Shown one piece after another: positions 1-9,302 of a DNA stretch of 64,000 nt (position 1 is its first letter; each line of letters begins with the position of its first letter). Source of the DNA: Minisyncoccota bacterium (lineage in GTDB: Bacteria > Patescibacteriota > Minisyncoccia > Moranbacterales > UBA2206); contig JARLIA010000005.1 in the NCBI GenBank assembly GCA_031291955.1, forward strand, positions 9,214 to 73,213, read 5' to 3'. A program made the translations under genes and the position numbers. The notes beneath the pieces are model-generated. The model was given only the letters and a program-made list of their open reading frames with translations, was not told the DNA's origin and searched no databases.

Positions 1-256
1 CGTTTTTGAAGAGCTTCATGTTGGGGATGCTCATTATGGCGTAGCGCATAGCCAAATCCTGATTGGCGGAACTCTCGACGTCCAATTTGGCAATTTTGAT
101 TTTGCCGGACAGCTCAATGGCCAGTTCGTCCAAAATCGGAGCCATCATCTGGCACGGTCCGCACCAAGGTGCCCAAAAATCCACCAAGACCGGGATGTCC
201 GATTTCAAAACTTCTTGCTCGAAATTCTCCCCGGTCAGCTCCATTGCTTTACTCAT
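1..256 (-). CDS. trxA: Thioredoxin (3' end runs off the window)
   Basis: Manual translation from ATG at 256: MSKAMELTGENFEQEVLKSDIPVLVDFWAPWCGPCQMMAP; WCGPC active site. Confidence 0.95.
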   Translation of the reverse strand, partial: MSKAMELTGENFEQEVLKSDIPVLVDFWAPWCGPCQMMAPILDELAIELSGKIKIAKLDVESSANQDLAMRYAIMSIPNMKLFKN

Positions 257-276
257 AGTTTTCGTATAGTTAATTA

Positions 277-534
277 TTAAAACTTAAAAAGGCTTCTTAG
301 ATATTTTTCGTCCACCTTTTTCTTTTCTTTTTGCCGGCAGACGAGCTCATTTCTGAGCACTTCCGCCCCCAAGCCGGCGAGGGCTTCTTTGGCGGCGGCC
401 ACCTGGGTGACGACGTCCCGGCAATTTCGGTTTTCTTCAATCATTTTCCGGATGCCTCTAACTTGTCCCTCGATCCGGGAGATGCGATGGAGCATTTTTT
501 CCAATTCTGCTTTATAGTGCTTTCCTTTTTCCAT
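277..534 (-). CDS. CsoR/RcnR/FrmR family metal-sensitive transcriptional repressor
   Basis: RISRIEGQVRGIRKMIEENRNCRDVVTQVAAAK signature. Confidence 0.9.
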   Translation of the reverse strand: MEKGKHYKAELEKMLHRISRIEGQVRGIRKMIEENRNCRDVVTQVAAAKEALAGLGAEVLRNELVCRQKEKKKVDEKYLRSLFKF

Positions 535-550
535 ATTTAAATATTACTAC

Positions 551-594
551 ATACCACTATGGGGTATATTACAAAACTGTTCCAAGATTGTCAA
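551..594 (-). promoter_or_regulatory. Sigma70 promoter and CsoR-type operator for the csoR-trxA unit
   Basis: Minus strand TTGACA-17nt-TAATAT; pseudo-palindrome ATACCACTATGGGGTAT (551-567) adjacent to and overlapping the -10, resembling TACC..GGGGTA CsoR operators. Confidence 0.7.
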
Positions 595-620
595 ACGAAA
601 AACCGGCCTGTTGGCCGGGG

Positions 621-646
621 GAGGTACGTAATTAATTACGTACCTC
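621..646. repeat. Perfect 26-bp palindrome; related copy at 3949-3968
   Basis: GAGGTACGTAATTAATTACGTACCTC; second copy GTACGTAATTAGTTACGTA. Confidence 0.8.
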
Positions 647-657
647 ATGAAAATAAT

Positions 658-1068
658 TTATTTCGGCTGCCAGTCGGTCGGCTGCATGATGGCAAAGCGA
701 TTGCCTTCCGTGTCGACGGCGCCGGCAAACCACCCCACACCTTTCAGTTCATTCTTTTCTTGGCCGGTTTTCTCGGTGCGTATTTTGCCCCCGTTCATTT
801 TTATCGCTTTTATCGCCTTGTCGATGTCGTCCACCATAATCGTGCAATCGTAGGTGTAGATTTTTTCCTTGGGGTCACGCTTGTATATCCCGCCGTTAAT
901 GCCCGGCGTGCCGTCTTTTCCGGTCATTATCATCCAATATTCCATCATATCCGGATTATCTCCGGACTCGTATTTTTCGATTTTCCAACCGAGGGCACTC
1001 TCGTAAAATTTCTTGGCCCGCTCGACGTCGTCGGCCTGGATCTCGAAATGCATGACGCGATTATTCAT
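658..1068 (-). CDS. VOC/glyoxalase family protein
   Basis: VMHFEIQADDVERAKKFY...GINGG...DTEGNRF motifs. Confidence 0.9.
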   Translation of the reverse strand: MNNRVMHFEIQADDVERAKKFYESALGWKIEKYESGDNPDMMEYWMIMTGKDGTPGINGGIYKRDPKEKIYTYDCTIMVDDIDKAIKAIKMNGGKIRTEKTGQEKNELKGVGWFAGAVDTEGNRFAIMQPTDWQPK

Positions 1069-1206
1069 ATATTTTTTATTAAGGGTTATTTATGAATTTA
1101 CTACAAGCTAAGGGGTGAAATTTTTTCGCGAATAAAAAAACTCCCGTGGATTATCCGGAAGGTTTTTTTGAAAGTAAGTACCAGTAAAAACATTATCCGA
1201 TCGTGT

Positions 1207-1932
1207 TTAGATGAATCGGGTCACGATAAATATGAATAATGTCCCTAAAACAGTGAGGGCGATGAGTCCGCCGGAACTCTTTTGGCTATGGGCTTCCGGC
1301 AGGATGTCGCTGGCGCCGATGTAAAGGAGAAAACCGGCAAAAAAACCGAGGTAGAGAACCAGGAAATGATCGGAGACCGAAAAAAGCAAAGTGGAAGCGG
1401 CGCCAAGGACCGGGGCAAAGGCATCTAATAACAAGAAACTTTTGGCGCGTGAAACGGTGTTGTTATTAGTCAACATGAGCGTGACCGTGTTCATGCCGTC
1501 GGTAAAATCATGGGAGATGACGGCGATAGCCACGATGAGTCCGACCGTCGCGTTGACCTGGAACCCGAGACCGATGCCGACTCCGTCCATAAAGCTGTGC
1601 CCAATAAGCGCCAGAGCTGAGAGCACCCCGACGTCCGGATGTTTGTGTTTGCAGTAGTCGCACTCGTGGGCGTGGTGGATGAGGATGGTCTTTTCCAGAA
1701 TATGAAACAGCAGAAAGCCGACGACCAAAGCAATCATGACTTGGTCGGTGGGGAAGTTGTTGTTTTTGGTGATATTGATGATTTCCGGCAGGATGTCAAA
1801 AGCCACCACACCCAAAAGCACGCCGGCGACAAAGGCCATGATGTGATGCAGTTTGTCTTTGAGTTTGACGGCCGTCGATCCGCCGAGATACGTCGAGACA
1901 AACGTGGCGAGAGAAAGAAGAATTGCTTCCAT
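1207..1932 (-). CDS. ZIP family metal transporter
   Basis: HSFMDG and HDFTDG motifs, LPE motifs, His-rich loop, many TM segments. Confidence 0.92.
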   Translation of the reverse strand: MEAILLSLATFVSTYLGGSTAVKLKDKLHHIMAFVAGVLLGVVAFDILPEIINITKNNNFPTDQVMIALVVGFLLFHILEKTILIHHAHECDYCKHKHPDVGVLSALALIGHSFMDGVGIGLGFQVNATVGLIVAIAVISHDFTDGMNTVTLMLTNNNTVSRAKSFLLLDAFAPVLGAASTLLFSVSDHFLVLYLGFFAGFLLYIGASDILPEAHSQKSSGGLIALTVLGTLFIFIVTRFI

Positions 1933-2009
1933 GAAATAAGCATAGCGGATTATCCCGGTTGTTTCAAGGTAAAGAAAAACTCGCCGCGAGATTTATCTCT
2001 GGAAGAAAA

Positions 2010-2516
2010 TTATTTATCGGCGGCCGCTTGTTTCAACTCGGCGATGTAGATTTTTTTCATGCTCAGCATAGCACTCATGACACGCCGGGCCTTTTCCGGA
2101 TTGGGGTCGCTCAAGAGCTCCGGCAAAATAGTCGGGGTGACCTGCCAGGAGAGACCGAACTCGTCCTTCAACCAGCCGCAGACCTGAGCTTTTGGGTCGC
2201 CGCCTTCGGATAGTTTTTCCCAATAATAATCCACTTCTTCCTGTGTCTCGCAATTTATGACGAACGAAACCGCTTCCGACAATTTAAACGGCGGGCCACC
2301 GTTTATGGCCGCGAACTTTTGGCCGGCCAACCGGAAAGCGACTGTCATTGCCGATCCCTCCGCCTGTCCGGACGCCTGGGAACTTTCCTTGTTATAATAT
2401 GTAACGTTCTCAATGGCGGCGTCTTCCCCGCGTCCGGCAAAAACGGAAACATAAAAATTGGCCGCCTCTTCGGCCTCGTGGTCGAACCACAAAAAAGGAG
2501 TGATTTTTTGAAACAT
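2010..2516 (-). CDS. PhnB-like VOC family protein
   Basis: KITPFLWFD..AEEAANFY, CETQEEVDYYWEKL, CGWLKDEFGLSWQV. Confidence 0.9.
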   Translation of the reverse strand: MFQKITPFLWFDHEAEEAANFYVSVFAGRGEDAAIENVTYYNKESSQASGQAEGSAMTVAFRLAGQKFAAINGGPPFKLSEAVSFVINCETQEEVDYYWEKLSEGGDPKAQVCGWLKDEFGLSWQVTPTILPELLSDPNPEKARRVMSAMLSMKKIYIAELKQAAADK

Positions 2517-2741
2517 ATGTTTTTGTTATGGATTAGCTGCTATTACTACAAAACCAAGCAGGCAAGTATTCGTGCCATTGACAAAACCGCTTTCCCGTGC
2601 TAGACTGGCTTTTTATGTTAATACTTCTCGTTTGACTGACAACTGACATGAGTATCTAAACATAAAAACATTTAATTTTTTATGTTTAGGCTCATTCCGG
2701 GCTGATAAGTTTTTTTTGGATCGGAATGAGTACCGCATACT

Positions 2742-3938
2742 ATGTACAGAAAAACGAACGCGCGGGGCTCGCGCGGAGGCGAAGGCCGAAGAAAAGCCCC
2801 AACGAAAAGCCGTTCCGGCCGGCGAGGATTCTCCGGGGAAAACATCAACATTAATCGCTTCATCCGAAAAGCCGAAGAGACGAAACCAACGGAGGCCTAT
2901 AAACAGCGCTACGCCTTTTCCGATTTTGCTATCGGGGAAGCCTTGAAACGCGTTATCGCCAATCGCGGTTTTTCTGTCCCAACGCCCATCCAAGACCGGG
3001 CTATTCCGGCTATTGTGGCCGGGCACGATGTTATCGGGCTGGCTGACACTGGCACTGGAAAAACGGCCGCCTTTCTCATTCCAATGCTCCACAAGATTCT
3101 CACCGACCCGCAACAGAAAGTGTTGATCGTGGTGCCGACCCGGGAACTGGCTATTCAGATCCAGGAAGAATTCATAGCACTCGCCCGAACACTCCGGATT
3201 TTTTCCGTGGTCGTGGTGGGCGGCGCCAACATTCAAAGACAAATTTCCCAATTGCGCGCTCGCCATAATATGGTGATCGGCACGCCAGGGAGATTGAAAG
3301 ATCTGATCGAGCGGCGCGCGCTCAATCTCTCCGGTTTCAATAACGTCGTTTTGGACGAAGCGGACCGGATGCTGGACATGGGATTCTTGCCGGATGTGCG
3401 TTTGCTTCTTTCGCTCGTATCTCAAAAAAGACAGACCATGCTTTTCTCGGCCACTTTTTCCCAGGAACTTGAAAAATTAGTCAATCAGTTTTTGAAGAGT
3501 CCCGAAAGAATTTCCATCAAGACCGGCGACACTGCCGCTCAGGTGGATCAGGATATTGTCCGCATCGGCGCGGGCGACAAAGTGGAGGTACTTCACGATC
3601 TTTTGAATCAGGCGAATTTTGAAAAAGTTTTGGTTTTCACCCGCACTAAGTGGGGCGCGGACAAGTTGTCCAAAAGCTTGCATGCCCGGGGATTCAAGAC
3701 CGAATCCATCCACGGGGACAAATCGCAAGGGAAGCGTCAGCGGGCTCTCAAAATGTTCAAAGAAAACGCGGTTGAGATCCTGGTGGCGACCGACGTGGCG
3801 GCTCGGGGTCTGGATATCCCGAACGTCAGTCATGTCATCAACTATGACCTTCCGGCGACATATGAAGATTACGTCCACCGCATCGGCAGAACAGGCCGCG
3901 CCGACCAAAAAGGAGTGGCTTTGACTTTTGTGGAATAG
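2742..3938 (+). CDS. DEAD-box RNA helicase (RhlE-like)
   Basis: Q motif PTPIQ, TGTGKT, PTRELA, TPGR, DEAD, SAT, ARGLD, HRIGRTGR. Confidence 0.97.
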   Translation: MYRKTNARGSRGGEGRRKAPTKSRSGRRGFSGENININRFIRKAEETKPTEAYKQRYAFSDFAIGEALKRVIANRGFSVPTPIQDRAIPAIVAGHDVIGLADTGTGKTAAFLIPMLHKILTDPQQKVLIVVPTRELAIQIQEEFIALARTLRIFSVVVVGGANIQRQISQLRARHNMVIGTPGRLKDLIERRALNLSGFNNVVLDEADRMLDMGFLPDVRLLLSLVSQKRQTMLFSATFSQELEKLVNQFLKSPERISIKTGDTAAQVDQDIVRIGAGDKVEVLHDLLNQANFEKVLVFTRTKWGADKLSKSLHARGFKTESIHGDKSQGKRQRALKMFKENAVEILVATDVAARGLDIPNVSHVINYDLPATYEDYVHRIGRTGRADQKGVALTFVE

Positions 3939-3970
3939 AAAAACTCATGTACGTAATTAGTTACGTAATT

Positions 3971-4002
3971 AAAAAAGAACGGGCGCGAGCCCGTTCTTTT
4001 TT
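3971..4002. terminator. Bidirectional intrinsic terminator
   Basis: AAAAAAGAACGGGC-GCGA-GCCCGTTCTTTTTT between convergent genes. Confidence 0.85.
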
Positions 4003-4008
4003 GTTTTT

Positions 4009-5493
4009 TTATTTCTCCAGATCCAGCGTTTCATCGATCCGGATCTGCGCTACGAATTCCGGAACGTGGCTGACCAGGATCATGGCGCCTTTGTAAGAAT
4101 CCAAGGCTTGGGCGATGATGGGCAAGTGGCGGAAGTTGATGTGGTTGGTCGGTTCGTCGAGAATCAAAAGTCCCGGCTCTTCGAGCATCAAGCGGGCGAA
4201 AGCCACCAAGCCTTTTTGCCCTTCGGAAAGGGAGTCAATTTTGGCATAGACCGTTTCCTTGGTGAGGAGAAAGCCGGCCGCGACGCTCCGCAAGCGCTCT
4301 TCGTCTGGGCCGCCCATCGCTTCAGTCAGTGTCTCAAAAACGGTTTTTTCAAAATCAAGATTGGAAAAATCCTGGCGGTAATAGCCGACTTTGACGCCGT
4401 CAGAAATTTTCGCGCCGGTTGCCGTGCCGTTGGCCAATGATTCTAAAAGCGTCGTTTTGCCGATGCCGTTCGGACCGGAAAGGAGAAGATGGCGGTTTTT
4501 CGGGAGAGATACGTTGACTTTTTTCTCGACCGGCGCGTGATTTTTCATGACCACAAGCGATAAGATATTAATAATCTCGCCGGATAAATTTTCCTGGCAG
4601 GGGATTTCAAAATGGCGGATAGCCTTGTCTTCTTTCCGCACCGCCACTTTGGCAGCTTCCATCTGCTCGGCTTTCACGCGCATTTTTCGGGCAACGAGGC
4701 GCATCTTGCCGCCTTTGTTGGCGAAGAAGTTGGCCTTTTCTTTGTTGGCCAGGATCTCTTTTTCGTATTGCGCGTTCTTGCGTTCTTCTTTTTCAATTTC
4801 GGCCGCGATCTCTTCAAGGACGGTGAAATAGTCGCCGAGATGCTGGTGGATTTTTTTGGTGAAGATATCGAGATAGAGGACGCCGTCAGTGAAGCAGTTC
4901 AAGAAGTTGGCGTCGTGCGAAATGACGATGCAAGTTTTGTTGGTGCCCATCAAATAGACCATCAAATTTCCGATGCCTTCGGCGTCCAGATTGTTGGTCG
5001 GTTCGTCCAGGATTAAAACATCCGGATCTTGGATAAGGGCGGAAGCGAGAAGCAAGCGCGCTTGTTGGCCGCCGGAATATTTTTCAATCTTTTTCTCGTG
5101 ATCCACCCGGAGGCCCACGATTTCTAGGACAGCGTCAATGCGGCGGTCGAGGTCATAAATCTTGTCTTTGCCGTTGGCGGCTTTAGCGAGCGCGGCGCCA
5201 GTGAAACATTTTTCAAAAAATTGGCGCGTGGTGAGGAACAGGTCTTCGCGGGGAATGACTTGCTTGGCTATCGCGATGACCAGATCTGGATCGACAAAAA
5301 TTGATCCGTCATTGGGTTTTAGATTGCCGGTGATGAGGTCAAGAATAGTGCTTTTCCCGGCGCCGTTCTGGCCCATGATGGTGAACTTGGCTCCGCGCCG
5401 GATGGCAAAAGAAGCCTCATCCAAAATGGGCTTGTCTTTCCGGTATTCAAAAGTGACTTTGTTGAATCTGATCGCGACGTCGCTGCTCGACAT
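4009..5493 (-). CDS. ABC-F family ATP-binding protein
   Basis: Two ABC domains (GQNGAGKS, GPNGIGKT; LDEPTNN/LDEPTNH), no TM segments. Confidence 0.93.
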   Translation of the reverse strand: MSSSDVAIRFNKVTFEYRKDKPILDEASFAIRRGAKFTIMGQNGAGKSTILDLITGNLKPNDGSIFVDPDLVIAIAKQVIPREDLFLTTRQFFEKCFTGAALAKAANGKDKIYDLDRRIDAVLEIVGLRVDHEKKIEKYSGGQQARLLLASALIQDPDVLILDEPTNNLDAEGIGNLMVYLMGTNKTCIVISHDANFLNCFTDGVLYLDIFTKKIHQHLGDYFTVLEEIAAEIEKEERKNAQYEKEILANKEKANFFANKGGKMRLVARKMRVKAEQMEAAKVAVRKEDKAIRHFEIPCQENLSGEIINILSLVVMKNHAPVEKKVNVSLPKNRHLLLSGPNGIGKTTLLESLANGTATGAKISDGVKVGYYRQDFSNLDFEKTVFETLTEAMGGPDEERLRSVAAGFLLTKETVYAKIDSLSEGQKGLVAFARLMLEEPGLLILDEPTNHINFRHLPIIAQALDSYKGAMILVSHVPEFVAQIRIDETLDLEK

Positions 5494-5615
5494 AATTTTA
5501 TGGCTTTAAGGATAACGGCCCTGAATTTCTATTCTAAAACACTTAGGGTCTGTTTGTAAAGGCAAGAAAAAACCGCCCCGTCAAGCGGAGCGGTTTTCAA
5601 TGTTGAAGCGATGTC

Positions 5616-5819
5616 CTAGATCTTTGACACGTTGACGGCGTTCGGTCCTTTCGGACTTTCGGCCACTTCAAACTGGACTTTGTCGCCTTCTCTTAGTTCT
5701 TCAAAGGTTGCGCCCTGAAGTTCTTTTGAATGAAAGAAGAGATCCTTGTCGCCGCTTTCGCGGGTGATGAATCCGAAACCGCGATCGGAGACCAGTTTCT
5801 TGATTGTTCCTTGTTCCAT
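5616..5819 (-). CDS. Cold-shock domain protein
   Basis: RGFGFI (RNP1), DLFFH (RNP2), KGPNAVNV; consensus promoter TTGACA-17-TATAAT at 5902-5930 on the minus strand. Confidence 0.95.
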   Translation of the reverse strand: MEQGTIKKLVSDRGFGFITRESGDKDLFFHSKELQGATFEELREGDKVQFEVAESPKGPNAVNVSKI

Positions 5820-5910
5820 TTTGGATATGATAATGATTTATTAGAGGCTTTGCAAAAAAGTTCGACGAGTCTTCCGCTGCAGGCCCACTTGGACTGTGTT
5901 CATTATAGGC

Positions 5911-7236
5911 TCATTCCGGGTGTTTGTCAAAGTTTTCGGCGGCGCTCTGGCCGGAAGCGTGTCCGGTAGTCCAGGCGATCTGGAGATTGTATCCGCCAGT
6001 CGGACCGTCCAGATCCAAAACTTCTCCGGCCAAAAAAAGATTTTTGACGATTTTGGAGCGCATCGTTTGGGGGTCGACTTCTTTGAGACTCGCTCCGCCG
6101 CGGGTGACCATGGCCTGATTGAAATCCAAGAGCGACGCGACCGTTAAGCGGAGATTCTTCATGAGCCGAATGAGATCCGTTCTCTCGGCTCTGGTTACGG
6201 AATGAATTTTTCTGTCTTTTTCGATCCCGGCCAGTTCCATTATTTTTTCCGCCAGCTTTTGCGGGAAATATTCGCCGAGATAATTTTTCAGATCCTTCTT
6301 TTTGTGCCGGTCGAGATCGGTTTTGAATTTTTTTTCGAGCTCTGAAATATCAAGCGCGGGCAAAAGATCAAGCTCTAAAAAAACTTTATCATCCCCGAGA
6401 TGTTCGCCGATGAATTTGCTGGCATTGATGATGGCTGGACCGGAAATTCCGAAATGGGTGAAAATTATTTCGCCTATCCCGAGATTGATCCGGCGATTAT
6501 TCCGGACAAGATATATCCCGGCGTCGGCGAGACTTATGCCTTGCAAATCTTTAACCCAGGTTTCTTTTGTTCTTACCGGAACCAGGGCTGGAGCAGTGGA
6601 GACGAGAGTGTGTCCGATAGCTGCGAGCCAGGAATATCCGTCGCCGGTCGAACCGGTGGCCGGATATGATTTTCCGCCAGTGGAAAGGATAAAATTGGCG
6701 GCCTGAATTTTCTCTTTTCGTAGAGACGCATTGCAATGGGGAGACGCGATTAGTTGCGTCTCTACGACATTTATATAATCTATTTTTCCGTCTTTCATTT
6801 CCAAACCAATCACATTCCGGCCGAGCATTATTTTCACTTTGTTTCTCTTTAAGGCTTTCTCCAAAACGTCAAGGACATCTCGGGCTTTGTTACTGGCCGG
6901 AAAAACGCGGCCGTCTTTTTCTGTTTTCAGCCGGATACCCAAGTCCTCAAAAAAATCCATCGTTTCATGCGGGCCGAAGGCGGCAAGAGCGGAAAAAAGA
7001 AATCGGCCGTTTTTCCCGAGCTTCCCGATAAAATCGGATTTAGAAAAATTAGCCTGAGTGAGATTGCAGCGGCCATTTCCAGTCAGCAGCAGTTTTTTTC
7101 CCAGCGAATTGTTTTTCTCGATAAGCGCTACTTTCTTTCCGCCTTCACTGGCGCAAATAGCGGCCAGCATGCCTGCCGCTCCGCCGCCGATCACGGCGAT
7201 GTCGAAATGTTCGGTTTTAATCTTAGCGGTCTGCAT
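5911..7236 (-). CDS. HI0933/BaiN family flavoprotein with an in-frame palindromic insertion
   Basis: GGGAAG, LGKKLLLTGNGRCNLT, GSTGDGY, GEVLDLDGPTGGYNLQIAW. Confidence 0.95.
   Translation of the reverse strand: MQTAKIKTEHFDIAVIGGGAAGMLAAICASEGGKKVALIEKNNSLGKKLLLTGNGRCNLTQANFSKSDFIGKLGKNGRFLFSALAAFGPHETMDFFEDLGIRLKTEKDGRVFPASNKARDVLDVLEKALKRNKVKIMLGRNVIGLEMKDGKIDYINVVETQLIASPHCNASLRKEKIQAANFILSTGGKSYPATGSTGDGYSWLAAIGHTLVSTAPALVPVRTKETWVKDLQGISLADAGIYLVRNNRRINLGIGEIIFTHFGISGPAIINASKFIGEHLGDDKVFLELDLLPALDISELEKKFKTDLDRHKKKDLKNYLGEYFPQKLAEKIMELAGIEKDRKIHSVTRAERTDLIRLMKNLRLTVASLLDFNQAMVTRGGASLKEVDPQTMRSKIVKNLFLAGEVLDLDGPTGGYNLQIAWTTGHASGQSAAENFDKHPE
6719..6766. repeat. GTAG-type REP-like palindrome inside a CDS
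   Basis: CGTAGAGACGCA...TGCGTCTCTACG 12-bp terminal inverted repeats; encodes VETQLIASPHCNASLR. Confidence 0.85.
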
Positions 7237-7363
7237 AGTGAAAATATTAGATCTCTGTCATGTATCTTAGCATACTAATTTAAAAAGCCGCCCGGATAAT
7301 GCCTGGGACGACTTTTCGGCTTGAGGTTCCAAAGTTTTTCTTCCGGTGAGTATTTTTGTGGAG

Positions 7364-7618
7364 CTAATCATCTTTCCGTTTAGGCCATAGTCCCATGGCT
7401 ACATTTGGAAGGAAATCAATAATGTCAACAGTGCCTTCTAAAAGATAATCGCAGGCGCAGTAGGCGCCGATTAAAACAATGCCCACCGGTATGGCGACGC
7501 TGATAATATCCGCCGTTTTTTCTCCAAAAGAAATACCCGTTACATCTTCAATGGCCATTAAACCGCACCTGGTCATTTTAATGCCCGGTTTCAATTTGTA
7601 AAGAACTTTCCTGATCAT
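7364..7618 (-). CDS. Hypothetical membrane protein
   Basis: 84-aa ORF with GGAGA SD and one hydrophobic segment. Confidence 0.5.
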   Translation of the reverse strand: MIRKVLYKLKPGIKMTRCGLMAIEDVTGISFGEKTADIISVAIPVGIVLIGAYCACDYLLEGTVDIIDFLPNVAMGLWPKRKDD

Positions 7619-7725
7619 ATCATCTTCTCCTTGTTACGGGTTTATTCGGATACGATGACATAGCTTCTTTCTTCAACGGTAGCATAGAAAAACAATCATG
7701 CAATTTGGGGAATTACGACCAGATT

Positions 7726-8148
7726 TTATTGTTGTTTCAGGATTGAAGCATGGATTTCCTCGGTCAGCCGGTTGTTGATTTCTATCAGCCGGTGGACCTC
7801 GTCCTGGATGGAGAGCAACGCTTCGGCGTCTTTGTAGGTTTCCAGGGCTTGCTTGTCGGAAGCGGCCGCCGCCACTTTTTGGCCAACCATGATGACGGAG
7901 AGAAGGACCAGTTGGAGAAAAGTTTGAGCGATCCAGGAGACCAAGGCCGCCGTGCCGGCATGGATGGCCGCCGGCAGACTGATAAGAGCCAGGGCTGCAA
8001 AAATATAGGCGCACCACATAGTGCCGACGACGTCTGTTATGAATACAGCCAGTCGTCCATTCAAGCCGACGTGTTCGTTTTTGGTCAGATGCGGGCCGGA
8101 TTTTTTGCGCTCAGCCAGGCGTGGGTGGGGAGTGTGTTTTGGTTCCAT
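7726..8148 (-). CDS. DUF1003-like membrane protein
   Basis: ITDVVGTMW...WIAQTFLQLVLLSVIMVGQ followed by coiled tail. Confidence 0.75.
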   Translation of the reverse strand: MEPKHTPHPRLAERKKSGPHLTKNEHVGLNGRLAVFITDVVGTMWCAYIFAALALISLPAAIHAGTAALVSWIAQTFLQLVLLSVIMVGQKVAAAASDKQALETYKDAEALLSIQDEVHRLIEINNRLTEEIHASILKQQ

Positions 8149-8349
8149 AATAATATGAAGAGTTAATAATGGTTGGGTATTTTATGGATTAATAATAACA
8201 TAATCCCTAAGTCCAGACTAGAATCTCATCTAAGACGAGACAGGAATTGAAATTAGTGGTTGAAAAATAAAAACGGACCAGCTTATTGGCTGGTCCGGAA
8301 GACTTACGGGAAATCGCGCTTTTTTCGCTCGATTTTTTGGACTGTCAGA

Positions 8350-9030
8350 TTACCTTGAGATCAATCCTTTTTCCATGGCGAACGCAGTCAGTGACGAAAC
8401 GCTATGGAGATTGAGCTTTTTCATCAGGTTGCTTCGATGTTTTTCAACGGTTTTGGTAGAGAGGCAAAGGTAACTAGCGATATCCTTATTTTTGTAACCT
8501 TCGACAACCATCTTAAAAATTTCACGCTCACGCTGGGTGAGTGTATCCCAGCTGGTGCTGGAACTGGAACTGAGACTTCTTCTCCCCTCCAGATATCCCT
8601 CAATGACTTTCTCACTGATCGAGGGACTGAGATAGGATTTGCCTTCAAGGATGCGCTGAATTGCTTTTTTTAGTTCCTCTTCGTCGATATCTTTTGTGGC
8701 GTACCCATCCGCTCCGCATTTCAGAGCGGTCAGAATGTGCTCTTCGGTTTTGTGGACCGTTAGCACGAGTATTTTGATGGCTGGTTGCCGCTTCTTTATT
8801 TCTGGAATGGCTCCCGTGCCGTTCATGCGAGGCATAGAAAGATCAAGAAGCATCATGTCTGGCTTCATAATTTCGGCCAACCTGATGGCTTCCAGACCGT
8901 CTCCGGCTTCTCCAACTACTTTCCAGCCATCTTGTCCATTGATGAAGTCGCGCAGAAGTTCCCTTAGAATATTATGATCTTCTACTACAACAAATTTAAC
9001 CTTGTTATTCTCCAGTTGTTTCTCATTCAT
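8350..9030 (-). CDS. NarL/FixJ family response regulator (REC plus LuxR HTH)
   Basis: VVEDH, LLDLSMPRMNG, LTQREREI...STKTVEKHRSNLMKKL. Confidence 0.95.
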   Translation of the reverse strand: MNEKQLENNKVKFVVVEDHNILRELLRDFINGQDGWKVVGEAGDGLEAIRLAEIMKPDMMLLDLSMPRMNGTGAIPEIKKRQPAIKILVLTVHKTEEHILTALKCGADGYATKDIDEEELKKAIQRILEGKSYLSPSISEKVIEGYLEGRRSLSSSSSTSWDTLTQREREIFKMVVEGYKNKDIASYLCLSTKTVEKHRSNLMKKLNLHSVSSLTAFAMEKGLISR

Positions 9031-9170
9031 ACCCCCACCCCTTTCCTGGTGATTTGACCCACTCTGTTGGCCAAAATGGCAAAAAAATATCCCACACCAA
9101 CCTTGTTTGATTCGCCGTGTTAAAGAGCATGTTCTGTGTATAATAGGATAAACTAAATAAATGTCAAATG

Positions 9171-9240
9171 TTACAACAAAAAAAGGTTGATTAAGGCCTT
9201 AAAATTAACTTTGCTCCGCGGACTGGAAGAAGTTTAAACC
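9171..9240 (-). mobile_element. att-like scar: copy of the tRNA-Asn 3' end and its downstream terminator region
   Basis: TTGCTCCGCGGA at 9211-9222 is identical to 23691-23702; the preceding ~40 bp (CAACAAAAAAAGG.TT.ATTAA.GCCTTAAA) is also similar. Confidence 0.75.
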
Positions 9241-9302
9241 TGCTTGTGAAATTCCCAAGGAATTGCGCAATGGGGAATATTGAATTCAATGGTCTTATTT
9301 TT

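Noticed and set aside
2613-3425. Long antisense ORFs (for example 2613-3425, 9246-9959, 27652-28275, 44567-45220)
   Set aside because: Shadow frames opposite well-supported genes, with no recognisable motifs
2687-5920. Identical 15-mer TAGGCTCATTCCGGG near the helicase and csp genes
   Set aside because: Opposite orientation relative to the genes and different context; a 15-bp match is expected by chance in 64 kb
6750-6766. Second VR (shares TTGCGTCTC with the TR 3' end)
   Set aside because: The match is only about 10 bp and belongs to a GTAG palindrome; no upstream TR similarity. No other VR was seen by eye in the window
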